From the IMG/VR virus record IMGVR_UViG_3300027708_000078, positions 1-61,468 of that record: DNA of 61,468 nt. One strand, written 5' to 3'. The stretch is from a virus (Duplodnaviria > Caudoviricetes). The translations under genes were made by a program, and so were the position numbers. Shown here in pieces: positions 51,701 through 58,675 of this stretch (position 1 is the stretch's first letter; each line of letters begins with the position of its first letter). The notes under the pieces are model-generated. The model searched no databases and was not told the DNA's origin. It saw nothing but the letters and a program-made list of their open reading frames with translations.

Positions 51701-52194
51701 TGGCAAATCTAATAAAACAATATACAACTGATTTAAATTTACAAGCATATATCTTTACAATTTGTTATACAAAAACATTTAAGTCCAAAGCGTTCAGAAC
51801 TTTTGGACATAATTTTGGACTTGTATCTTTGGAAAACGATTTTTCACCTTTTGTATTTAGTACCAAAAATTATTCTTGTTTAAATATTCCTGTTGTCGGA
51901 GGGTCATATTCCGTTCCTATGGCCAATTTTGAGACACCGAATCAATTTATATTATTTATGATTTCAAGATTACAAAATAATTTGGGTAGAATTGCAAAGA
52001 TAGGTTTATTTAAATATTACAATTGTTATTGGCCGAAAACTTCAATATCTGAAGATGAATTAAATAAAAATGTGAATACGGCACCATATCCTGACATTAG
52101 AAAAAGATTAGAAAACGGATTAGCGGTTGCTAATGCAAATGGTATATCTGTTAATTTAACTAATTTAGCAACAATTATGGATGGTACGGGATAA
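45700..52194 (+). CDS. very large baseplate hub protein (gp27/VgrG-like ends with large insertions)
   Basis: N-terminal LGITNI.I...P.VTI.LED..GRALF; C-terminal LGNALIQPTMYF.L..VPMFNGPY.I..V.H.I.PG.F.T.F.G.R. Confidence 0.6.
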   Translation: MAGKIQGDNSGNILVEYDYDNIILVDPNKTIKDGKVSERLVDHENLVMYANLEAELLPRTKLAIGSSPDNIRTVAIAKINFLKPGTKDFLSTGYYDELTGKDTTQGKGTNQQKREYIPPMNGEKAYYKMSSMVGGEEGSIDNGLLGITNINIRISASFIPSVTIDLEDAQGRALFQLGEDSPYAAFFHLPYPPFYLTLKGYYGQAIRYQLNLEKFSASFNSFSGNYQIKLEFKGYKFNILNEINMGHLLATPHMYSSRFDISNSSNGEQSSNSLQTAATQQGTNIPNTSNSKKTIVEQMYVERGYQKIIEVYSEYKAIGLIDANFPELTVQQLMNKLDMFEKNIIDNYEPKVNVVGLTNIRNYKKKLKALYDSVIGDSPSWFSKNLNPKPFILKETGQKIYAFKNNFDLTKKPTAKTELSGIIKEYNEVLNSNPTLGENGTTKITNGISINAITATTTKDDIDWIKTTTEQTGIISPTTIQVEQVINQYDKLFNVGLFSKVAAQVTEAFVGPKEPGQTFTTKGNKNTDTTVFDDVFFIFDGKNRFISTVQEMDAEASKKLSELEDTVSKDLAKKIEDPATGLGFKPTVRNIIAIIMASAEAFIRLMDDCHTKAWDVKYDPVRKNAILTNEIGSDTKNMVQSTFVNQSNDSNSQIPVYPWPQVFVEQNDDNKKGKYQLKYPGDPSIVDKTKGFLYDKWPEVEFVEEFVKGLTQKFTPPNTPAPSSIEQFTNILNINSIQFPLADLTYLNKEEVKFFYEIWERQFLTSRYENLVRLGGNNSEYNDLLNLLVDVEYKNVLNSLGKSNPSLNFNLKNFNFTSANYIDFFKQIKPTNVSESYINFTKDKFITSYIQNITNSSFSISSLTDLGKTPTTQLDDKKLQQIVKSTKTNEPNIMDLYPFTVSAWCDTNLVDRSVSTGNLVYNTTNSLFIFKQRNVISNFTELTDYSKNRPVTNFSFDKVSNPLSQSQFYSSTNQTVFLPTFYNNRVPKDFIPTEGYCNFSVPTSQLPVKTTTSILNTPYFINSILYGVSKWNGGQKTETYATAAYLFINSLPLTSLREKYKTNGTNLNQLDYIFATLKKFGGIHKLPYAWILKLGSIWYRYKKYKTNGTDILSSVWGNTNYINNFDPITANPNKAYTLDFNGLTGKTIQLESINTTSISVQAGFYPKLINDFNIFYKGNTLYTTYSDSEIQKTIDNGLKLYNFTQSNLNLTQNSLPLIYTTWSVLLPTDDSTGYYFIPSFGGNQNQIVNSLTSNGVVVGNHTVNGNPFVYNGSTRLLWASSNYGYFDTSQIVKPDEESYLNNITGLGNDLSPFGLLNQNNYSKIEELFSVFNKDILDSFEKEFIEFSNPADNIKVTSTSTTYDQSLGDPNINFKNFQLLFRSLMFINSPKQSDTNDTYFSSSIASQLNNFSLIIKNFLQYDVIFRYGNPSDYNRYIFDSFLQHNLSLTNIQTTTNRITGDTLNNIFAEKFGPYVAGTLPSSNGTITLNQSKAAHSNEWLDLELYVGFSTISQLVYDNNGSYITDFFIDNNIAFTSSNIKNLATIIKMYATQKLNNSRITPKEFNTKINDYLGLCSKLQNDTLDAILGKLRKDLPDYQEVQEKTIDSQVSGQQSKVDLYENFKALNDKWIAGGDYKTTTYYEDVLFLDRASRNIGDTIFLDIFSLKEVLNEKSINATMSVHTFISGLLIRNNFTVMNLPAYVNFYNVRNIDGVPTPKADGSNEFADNMWGTFLNVDYRDSGPKMVCFYVGKPSSYQDMDKSKNFLFRSDAFQIERNDNPLVEDQNGKKDHLFSNKCVGFNVDIGIRNQNVFNSFTVSQDNGKATAESIDTLLNMVNQATGRDTATQNVSLWNYYNNRSYGCQVVSLGNALIQPTMYFNLRHVPMFNGPYFITDVSHVISPGNFQTTFTGTRQAIFDYPALDSFLQSINRNLLTKIEQAITQKSSDTVNTGTDEISKSKYVQKNSDITKSTPNSCVNVLNPAYQTAGFTSIAAVETNINAQDLANLIKQYTTDLNLQAYIFTICYTKTFKSKAFRTFGHNFGLVSLENDFSPFVFSTKNYSCLNIPVVGGSYSVPMANFETPNQFILFMISRLQNNLGRIAKIGLFKYYNCYWPKTSISEDELNKNVNTAPYPDIRKRLENGLAVANANGISVNLTNLATIMDGTG

Positions 52195-52232
52195 TTATGT
52201 GATAAGTGAGATATTTATAAATAAAATATATT

Positions 52233-52457
52233 ATGGACTTAACATCAAAATTGAATAACTATCTCGGTAAACAGGGACAGTATTCTGAACAAAGTTTAGG
52301 AAACGGCACTAAAGAAGTTTGTGATTTAGAAACTGGCGACTGTTATGTTGTTAGAGAAAAGGACGGACTTATTGAAAGAGCTGGACACCAAACAACAGTA
52401 AATAGACAAGTAAAAGTAGAAACCGCAAGAGGTATAAAACAATTATTAAACGGATAA
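52233..52457 (+). CDS. hypothetical protein
   Basis: 74 aa, EVCDLETGDCY; TATTTAT upstream. Confidence 0.6.
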   Translation: MDLTSKLNNYLGKQGQYSEQSLGNGTKEVCDLETGDCYVVREKDGLIERAGHQTTVNRQVKVETARGIKQLLNG

Positions 52458-52462
52458 TTAAA

Positions 52463-53113
52463 ATGGCAATAGATAAGAAAATTCTTAGTGAAATAGAAAG
52501 ATATAAAAGTATTAATAAATATATTATGGAGCAAGATGCTCCTCCACCTCCACCCCCACCACCCGGAGGAGATTTAGGGGCGGTGCCACCACCGGCCCCT
52601 GAAGCGGGAGCAACACCCCCACCAGCCGCAGGTGCAGAACCAACACCAATTGATGTTGAGGCGGATGACGAGGTTGAAAAAATTGATGAGAAAGGTAAAT
52701 CAGAAGAAAATAAAGAGGACTCTGAAGAACTTGACGTAACGGATTTAGTTAAGTCTCAAGAAAATATTGAAACAAAACAAGAAGAGTATTTTAATAATTT
52801 ATTTTCACAACTTTCAAATCTTGAAGGTAAACTTAAAGAGATGGATGGTGTTATGGCAAAATTAAATTCCCTTGAAAACAAAATTGAAAAATATAGAGAA
52901 AAAACTCCACAAGAAAAATTGGATTTAAGAAAATATGATTCATATCCTTTTAACCAAAAACTTTCTGATTTCTTTAACGACAAACAAGATGAATTTGAAA
53001 AAACAGGAAAAACAGATTATGTTTTAACTACAGATGATGTTACAGATATATCGGATAGTGAGATTAAAGATACTTTCCTACCAACGGATGAAAAAGATTT
53101 TGAAAAAATGTAA
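52463..53113 (+). CDS. hypothetical Pro-rich/acidic coiled-coil protein (possible head scaffold/internal protein)
   Basis: ILSEIER...IMEQ N-terminus, polyproline tract, coiled coil, DSYPFNQKL. Confidence 0.6.
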   Translation: MAIDKKILSEIERYKSINKYIMEQDAPPPPPPPPGGDLGAVPPPAPEAGATPPPAAGAEPTPIDVEADDEVEKIDEKGKSEENKEDSEELDVTDLVKSQENIETKQEEYFNNLFSQLSNLEGKLKEMDGVMAKLNSLENKIEKYREKTPQEKLDLRKYDSYPFNQKLSDFFNDKQDEFEKTGKTDYVLTTDDVTDISDSEIKDTFLPTDEKDFEKM

Positions 53114-53151
53114 TTAAGAAAGGGAGTCAAAAAAGACTCCCTTTCTTAATT
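53112..53151. terminator. strong, probably bidirectional terminator
   Basis: Perfect inverted repeat AATTAAGAAAGGGAGTC-aaaaaa-GACTCCCTTTCTTAATT. Confidence 0.85.
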
Positions 53152-53179
53152 TGACTTATTCCCAAGTGATTACTATTAT
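53151..53179 (+). promoter_or_regulatory. sigma70-like promoter for SSB
   Basis: TTGACT-N17-TATTAT. Confidence 0.55.
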
Positions 53180-53214
53180 TGTAATATAAATTAAACAATT
53201 AAAATTAAACAACT

Positions 53215-54066
53215 ATGATGAGTTCACTCGACGCCGTATTGGCACAGTATGAGAAATCAACACAAGGGGGCGGGGCCCAAAGCAAAATGTCGCAAGACGA
53301 AAGAATGAAAAAGTATTTCGCTTTATTATTGAACGACAAAGAAAAATCAGGACAAAGAAGAATTAGAATCCTACCAACACCCGACGGTTCTTCACCATTT
53401 AAAGAAGCTTGGTACCACGAAATCCAAGTTGGAGGACAATGGCAAAAATTCTTTGACCCAGGAAAGAACGACAACGAACGTTCACCATTAAATGAGGTTT
53501 ACGAAGAATTAATGTCTACAGGTAAAGATTCTGATAAAGAACTTGCCAAACAATACAAGTCTCGTAAATTCTATATTGTTAAAGTTATAGACAGAGACAG
53601 AGAAGAAGACGGACCAAAGTTTTGGAGATTCAAACACAACTATAAGAATGATGGTATCCTTGATAAAATCATTCCTATTTGGAAGAACAAAGGTGATGTA
53701 ACTGATGCTGAAAAAGGACGTGATTTGATTATTGAATTGGCAAAATCAAAAACAGGTAAAGGTAAAGAATACACTTCCGTTTCAACCATTATGTATGATG
53801 ACGTTCAACCACTTTCGGAGGACAAAGACCAAATGAAAGAGTGGATGAGTGACGAATTAACTTGGAGAGATGTTTATTCTAAAAAACCTGTTGAGTATTT
53901 GGAAGCAATCGCTCAAGGAAAAACTCCAAAATGGGATACTGAAAAAGGTGGATACGTTTATGGAGATAGCGAAGAATCAACCACAACAATTGGTGGAAGT
54001 TCAAAATCTAAATCTTACTCTGACCCACAAATGGATGCTGATGTTGATTCAGACTTACCATTCTAA
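53215..54066 (+). CDS. single-stranded DNA-binding protein (gp32-like)
   Basis: IRILP...PF.E.WYH, YIVKVIDR..E.DGPKFWRF, GRDLII, acidic C-terminal DSDLPF tail. Confidence 0.85.
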   Translation: MMSSLDAVLAQYEKSTQGGGAQSKMSQDERMKKYFALLLNDKEKSGQRRIRILPTPDGSSPFKEAWYHEIQVGGQWQKFFDPGKNDNERSPLNEVYEELMSTGKDSDKELAKQYKSRKFYIVKVIDRDREEDGPKFWRFKHNYKNDGILDKIIPIWKNKGDVTDAEKGRDLIIELAKSKTGKGKEYTSVSTIMYDDVQPLSEDKDQMKEWMSDELTWRDVYSKKPVEYLEAIAQGKTPKWDTEKGGYVYGDSEESTTTIGGSSKSKSYSDPQMDADVDSDLPF

Positions 54067-54092
54067 AGATTTGTTGTTAGATATTTATTCTT

Positions 54093-54791
54093 ATGAATAA
54101 ACAACTAACAATAGTAATACCTTGTAAAAATGAGAGTTCTCTTATAATTGAGACTCTCATTTTTATTTTAGGACAAACCGAAAAATTTAAAATAATTGTT
54201 GCGGACTCATCTACCGATAAAGAAAGTATTGATTTACTTAAAAAGTTTCAAAAAAAATATAAAGAACAAATAAAGATAATTGGTGGAGGATTACCATCTG
54301 TTGCGAGGAACAAAGGAGCGGAGTTAGTTGATACTCCTTATGTGTTATTTTTGGATGCGGATATTCACATTAAACAAGATGATTTAATTGTTAAATGTTT
54401 GAATGAAATGATTGTAGGAAGGTATGATTTGTTAACCTGTAAGTTTAAGACATTAGATGGTAAATTTGATTGGATTTACAAAATATTTAATGTTGTGCAA
54501 TGGGTTAGTTCAAAGACAACACCATTTGCGTTGGGTGGGTTTATGTTGTTTAAAACTGAAACATTTAACAAATTAAAAGGATTTAATAATGAGGATAAAA
54601 TTGCCGAGGACTATCATCTTAGTTCTAAAATTGCTCCGAGTAAATTTAGAGTGGAGAATCTTTTTGTTTATACTCCTTCTAGAAGATTTGAGAAGAAGGG
54701 TGTTTACTGGATGATTAAATTATTAATAATTTGTTGGTGGAATAGAAATAACGATAATTTTTATAAAAAGTCATACGGATATTGGGATTAA
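54093..54791 (+). CDS. GT2 glycosyltransferase
   Basis: IVIPCKNE, VADSSTD, ARNKGA, LFLDAD, GF...AED, SRRF. Confidence 0.88.
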   Translation: MNKQLTIVIPCKNESSLIIETLIFILGQTEKFKIIVADSSTDKESIDLLKKFQKKYKEQIKIIGGGLPSVARNKGAELVDTPYVLFLDADIHIKQDDLIVKCLNEMIVGRYDLLTCKFKTLDGKFDWIYKIFNVVQWVSSKTTPFALGGFMLFKTETFNKLKGFNNEDKIAEDYHLSSKIAPSKFRVENLFVYTPSRRFEKKGVYWMIKLLIICWWNRNNDNFYKKSYGYWD

Positions 54792-54801
54792 TTTTTATTT
54801 T

Positions 54802-55419
54802 ATGGCATACGTATATAGACATATTAGATTGGATAATAATGAACCTTTTTATATTGGAATTGGAAGTGACAACGATTATAAAAGGGCATATAAAAAAACA
54901 CAAAGAACTAAACATTGGAAAAGTGTGAGTGATAAGGGATATGAGGTTGAGATTTTAATTGATGGTTTAACTTGGGAAGAGGCGTGTGAGAAAGAAAAAG
55001 AATTCATTCTTTTATATGGTAGAAAAGATTTAGGTACGGGTAATTTAGTTAATTTAACTGAAGGGGGTGAAGGAACTGTAGGAAGAGTGGTAACTAATAA
55101 AACTAGAAAAATTCTTAAAGAAATATTTACAGGAAGAAAAAGACCTGACTTAAAAGGTAAAAAAAGAGTTATATCCGAAGAGCAAAAACAAAAAACATCA
55201 AATACATTAAAAGGGAGAAAACTCTCAGAACAAACTAAAGACAAAATGAGAGGGTTTAAAAGATTACCAATGTCGGAAGAAACAAAAAGAAAGATAAGTG
55301 AATATAGAAAAGGTAAATCTAACGGGCAAACAGGGTTAAAACGTTCGGAAGAAACTCGGATAAAAATGAGTGAATCACAAAAAATGCAAATCGCACAAAA
55401 AAAAACTAAAAAAAAATAA
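54802..55419 (+). CDS. GIY-YIG-like homing endonuclease with NUMOD3 repeats
   Basis: YVYRH....FYIGIG...R, E..FI..YGR, L.NLT.GGEG, repeated SEE.K.K.S motifs. Confidence 0.8.
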   Translation: MAYVYRHIRLDNNEPFYIGIGSDNDYKRAYKKTQRTKHWKSVSDKGYEVEILIDGLTWEEACEKEKEFILLYGRKDLGTGNLVNLTEGGEGTVGRVVTNKTRKILKEIFTGRKRPDLKGKKRVISEEQKQKTSNTLKGRKLSEQTKDKMRGFKRLPMSEETKRKISEYRKGKSNGQTGLKRSEETRIKMSESQKMQIAQKKTKKK

Positions 55420-55454
55420 TTCATAGTTTTTAAACAAGATTTTAATTATTGAAT

Positions 55455-55547
55455 ATGAAAAAAAAAGTAGATATTAATTTTGAGTTTATTGTTGTATCAA
55501 CTGCAGCAACACTAATAATCCTTACAAAACTAATTTGTGGGATATGA
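55455..55547 (+). CDS. 30-aa putative membrane peptide (not in ORF track)
   Basis: MKKKVDINFEFIVVSTAATLIILTKLICGI; its stop overlaps the next start as ATGA. Confidence 0.4.
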   Translation: MKKKVDINFEFIVVSTAATLIILTKLICGI

Positions 55548-56287
55548 AATATAAAGCAATAATTGTTTCTGACTTACATCTTGGAACAAAGGACTCAAAA
55601 GCCAAAGAGTTTATTGAGTTTATTGATTCTCACCCCACTAATTTATTAATATTAAATGGCGATATTGTTGATGGTTGGGCACTTAAGCGTGGCTCCAAGT
55701 GGAAGAAACCACACACAAAAGTTATTACAAAACTTTTGAAGTTATCAAAAAAAACAAAGATTATATGGATTAGGGGAAACCACGATGAATTCTTAACCGA
55801 TTTTATGGATATTGATTTGGGGAAGATTGAGGTTAGGGAAGATTATATTATTGATGTTTATGATAATACAACAGATGATTTTTTTGTTAAAAAGAGTTAT
55901 TACGTTTTTCACGGGGATAAGATAGATGTGTTCATAACCAAATATAGGTGGTTGGCAAAGATTGGTTCGGTTGGATATGATATGGCGTTATGGTTAAACA
56001 GGTGGTATAATAGATATAGAACGTGGAGGAAATTACCATATAAGTCAATATCACAAGAAATTAAAAATGGGGTTAAAACTGCGACAAACTTTATAAATGA
56101 TTTTGAATCCGAAGCCGTAAAAATGGCTCACAAAAAAGGATGTTATGGTGTTATCTGTGGACACATACACCAACCTTCAAACACGATGACTGACGATGGT
56201 CATTATCTAAATTCTGGTGATTGGGTTGAAAATAGAACCGCAATACTATTGGACAATTCAAATAATTTTACTATATTTAGAATGTAA
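55544..56287 (+). CDS. LpxH-like (UDP-2,3-diacylglucosamine hydrolase family) metallophosphoesterase
   Basis: SDLHLG, NGDIVDGW, GNHD, HGD, CGHIH, NSGDWVE. Confidence 0.85.
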   Translation: MKYKAIIVSDLHLGTKDSKAKEFIEFIDSHPTNLLILNGDIVDGWALKRGSKWKKPHTKVITKLLKLSKKTKIIWIRGNHDEFLTDFMDIDLGKIEVREDYIIDVYDNTTDDFFVKKSYYVFHGDKIDVFITKYRWLAKIGSVGYDMALWLNRWYNRYRTWRKLPYKSISQEIKNGVKTATNFINDFESEAVKMAHKKGCYGVICGHIHQPSNTMTDDGHYLNSGDWVENRTAILLDNSNNFTIFRM

Positions 56288-56300
56288 AATAGTAAAATTT

Positions 56301-57296
56301 ATGGCAGGAATTAAGAAAAAAGATATTGGTGGAATTGGGAACATAAAAGATAAGTTCTCAACCAAAACAAAATATAAAGAAACAAACTACTACAATTGTG
56401 GTGAAGCGTTTCACAACGCTTGTGGAATACCAGGTCCTGTAATGGGTGGTATCAATATGTTCTTGGGACATAGTAATAGTAGTAAAACAACGGCTATGAT
56501 ACTTGCGGCTGCAGATGCTCAAAAGAAAGGACATCTACCTGTGTTTATTATTACCGAAAAGAAATGGAGTTGGGACCACGCAGTTGAGTTAGGATTACAA
56601 GCAACAAAGAATGAGAACGGAGAGTGGGATGGTGATTTTATCTTTAATGATTCGTTTGATTATATTGAGCAAGTAACAGAATTTATAAATAATGTGTTGG
56701 ATGCTCAAGAAAAAGGCGAGGTTCCGTATAACTTACTATTCTTATGGGATTCGGTTGGTTCTATCCCATGTAAAATGACATTTGACGGTAAGGGTGGCAA
56801 ACAACATAATGCGGCAACATTAGCGGACAAGATTGGTATGGGAATTCACTCAAGAATAACCAAATCCAAAAAAGACGATTACCCTTATTATAATACTATG
56901 GTTGTGGTCAATCAGCCTTGGGTTGAGTTACCTGACAATCCTTTTGGACAACCAACAATAAAAAGCAAGGGAGGAGAGGCAATTTGGTTAGCATCATCTT
57001 TAGTGTTTTTATTTGGTAATCAAAAGAATGCAGGTATCAATCATATTACCGCGACTAAAAACGGTAGAACAGTTTCTTATGCGGTAAGAACAAAAGTGTC
57101 TATTCTTAAAAATCACGTAAATGGACTTGGTTATAAGGACGGTAAAGTAATTGCAGTACACAATGGGTATATTCAAGATACTAAAGAAGATTTGGAAAAA
57201 TATAAAAAGGATTATTCACAATATTGGAACGCGATATTATCTGGTGATGGTGATATAAATCTTGAAGAATCTGAAGAAGTAGAAATTACAGAATAA
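56301..57296 (+). CDS. uvsX: RecA/UvsX-like recombinase
   Basis: GIPG..G, Walker A-like GHSNSSKTT, Walker B LFLWDSVG, VVNQ, KGGEA, KNH; the ATG at 56301 is preferred over the track start. Confidence 0.8.
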   Translation: MAGIKKKDIGGIGNIKDKFSTKTKYKETNYYNCGEAFHNACGIPGPVMGGINMFLGHSNSSKTTAMILAAADAQKKGHLPVFIITEKKWSWDHAVELGLQATKNENGEWDGDFIFNDSFDYIEQVTEFINNVLDAQEKGEVPYNLLFLWDSVGSIPCKMTFDGKGGKQHNAATLADKIGMGIHSRITKSKKDDYPYYNTMVVVNQPWVELPDNPFGQPTIKSKGGEAIWLASSLVFLFGNQKNAGINHITATKNGRTVSYAVRTKVSILKNHVNGLGYKDGKVIAVHNGYIQDTKEDLEKYKKDYSQYWNAILSGDGDINLEESEEVEITE

Positions 57297-57348
57297 AAAA
57301 ACTTGTGAATAATCACACTTTTCATAATTATTCAGATATTTATTATAT

Positions 57349-57510
57349 ATGGGACGAGTATTAAAAAAAGAAGAAGAAAAAAAAACAAAAGTATCGGTTG
57401 CCTTGGAACCTGAACTATTAAATTATTATAGAAATCTTCATATAAATTTATCATCCCTTGTAAATAAATTACTTAAAGATTATAGAGAAAATGGAAACAA
57501 AAGTTTGTAG
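57349..57510 (+). CDS. small RHH-like DNA-binding protein (53 aa, not in ORF track)
   Basis: MGRVLKKEEEKKTKVSVALEPELLNYYRNLHINLSSLVNKLLKDYRENGNKSL; paralog of the 26665 ORF; overlaps the HNH start. Confidence 0.65.
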   Translation: MGRVLKKEEEKKTKVSVALEPELLNYYRNLHINLSSLVNKLLKDYRENGNKSL

Positions 57511-58108
57511 TAAATGTAAAGAAGAAAAAGAATTGTGCGAGTTTAATAAAATGTCTAAAGTTAAGTGTGGTGTTAGAAGTTATTGTAGGGAGTGCCAAAG
57601 AGTAGAAAGTAAAAAATATAAATCACAAAACAAAGAAAAGATTAAAGAATACAATCATAAATGGAACTCTGAAAATAAAAAATATTATCAAGATTATAGG
57701 AAAGTATGGGAAGTGGAGAACTATGAAAAAGTATTGGCGAAAAGAAAAAGATTTTGGGATAATAATCCGGGTTACATAAATGAATATTTAAAAAATAGAA
57801 GAAGAGAGGATATTTTATTTGCTTTGCTTGAAAAAATGAGACATTCTGTTAATAGATATTTAAAGTATAAATCAAAAAGAACCTCTGAAATAGTTGGTTG
57901 TACACCACAAGAATTAAAGGAACATTTGGAGAAACAATTTGCTTCGGGAATGAGTTGGGAAAACAGAGCAGAATGGCATATAGACCACATTATTCCATTA
58001 TCGTCCGCAAAGACAGAAGAAGAACTTTACAAACTATGTCATTACACAAATCTCCAACCATTATGGGCTGAGGAAAACCTGAAGAAAAGTAACAAGATAT
58101 TAAATTAA
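57491..58108 (+). CDS. HNH homing endonuclease, paralog of 26801
   Basis: KVCSKC...CREC; WENRAEWHIDHIIPL...HYTNLQPLWAEEN.KK. Confidence 0.85.
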   Translation: METKVCSKCKEEKELCEFNKMSKVKCGVRSYCRECQRVESKKYKSQNKEKIKEYNHKWNSENKKYYQDYRKVWEVENYEKVLAKRKRFWDNNPGYINEYLKNRRREDILFALLEKMRHSVNRYLKYKSKRTSEIVGCTPQELKEHLEKQFASGMSWENRAEWHIDHIIPLSSAKTEEELYKLCHYTNLQPLWAEENLKKSNKILN

Positions 58109-58120
58109 AAATTAAAAATT

Positions 58121-58150
58121 AACCCCTCCCATTAAAGAGGGGTTTTTTAT
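58121..58150 (+). terminator. rho-independent terminator
   Basis: AACCCCTC-ccattaaa-GAGGGGTT-TTTT. Confidence 0.8.
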
Positions 58151-58179
58151 TTGACTTAACACTCGTTAACAATTATACT
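58151..58179 (+). promoter_or_regulatory. sigma70-like promoter
   Basis: TTGACT-N17-TATACT. Confidence 0.65.
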
Positions 58180-58219
58180 TAACAAGTTAACAATATTTTA
58201 TCACCTCACAAATAGATAA

Positions 58220-58276
58220 GTGAAAACACTTTTAATTGACGGTAGATTGCAACTTAATAGGTTTTATATCCTCTAA
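58220..58276 (+). pseudogene. possible N-terminal remnant of a 5'-3' exonuclease/RNase H gene
   Basis: GTG AAA ACA CTT TTA ATT GAC GGT = MKTLLIDG directly after a promoter, then stops after 18 codons. Confidence 0.4.
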
Positions 58277-58543
58277 ATTTAAACGTGCATCAAACCATTT
58301 TTTAATAAGTTGTTGAGTTTCATCATAATCTGATGAAAACATATTGGAAATATCACCCCAAATTGTAAAATTAACTAACAAAAATTTTGATTTTTCTAAT
58401 TCTAATAGTACCTTACCATCTTTTATCCAAAATCTGGAATCGGGATAATCTTCTGATTCAATCTCGTGCATTCCATCAAATAAGTAATCCAAATACTTAA
58501 ACTGAACTTTTCTTAATTGATTCTCCGTTATTAAAATCTTCAT
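58232..58543 (-). CDS. hypothetical protein (MKILITENQ family)
   Basis: 103-aa ORF with TATTTAT upstream on the minus strand. Confidence 0.65.
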   Translation of the reverse strand: MKILITENQLRKVQFKYLDYLFDGMHEIESEDYPDSRFWIKDGKVLLELEKSKFLLVNFTIWGDISNMFSSDYDETQQLIKKWFDARLNLEDIKPIKLQSTVN

Positions 58544-58616
58544 AACATATAAATATTAATATTATATATATTAATACTTTTTTTTGTATTAAATTAATAC
58601 AAACCTAAAAAATAAA

Positions 58617-58647
58617 CTTGTTAAGTTAAATATTTTATGTATTTTTG
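58617..58647 (+). promoter_or_regulatory. Bacteroidota-type (-33/-7) promoter candidate for the small-ORF array
   Basis: cTTG (58617-20), 19 nt, then TATTTTTG (58640-47), matching TAnnTTTG. Confidence 0.4.
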
Positions 58648-58675
58648 TATTCTAAATCAATAAAACTTAAATAAA

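Noticed and set aside
32910-52194. Bacterial eCIS/T6SS/tailocin locus
   Set aside because: It is linked to neck proteins, DNA polymerase, SSB, a recombinase and homing endonucleases, which indicates a genuine phage genome
54876-55424. 182-aa hydrophobic minus-strand ORF
   Set aside because: Antisense shadow of the Lys-rich endonuclease gene
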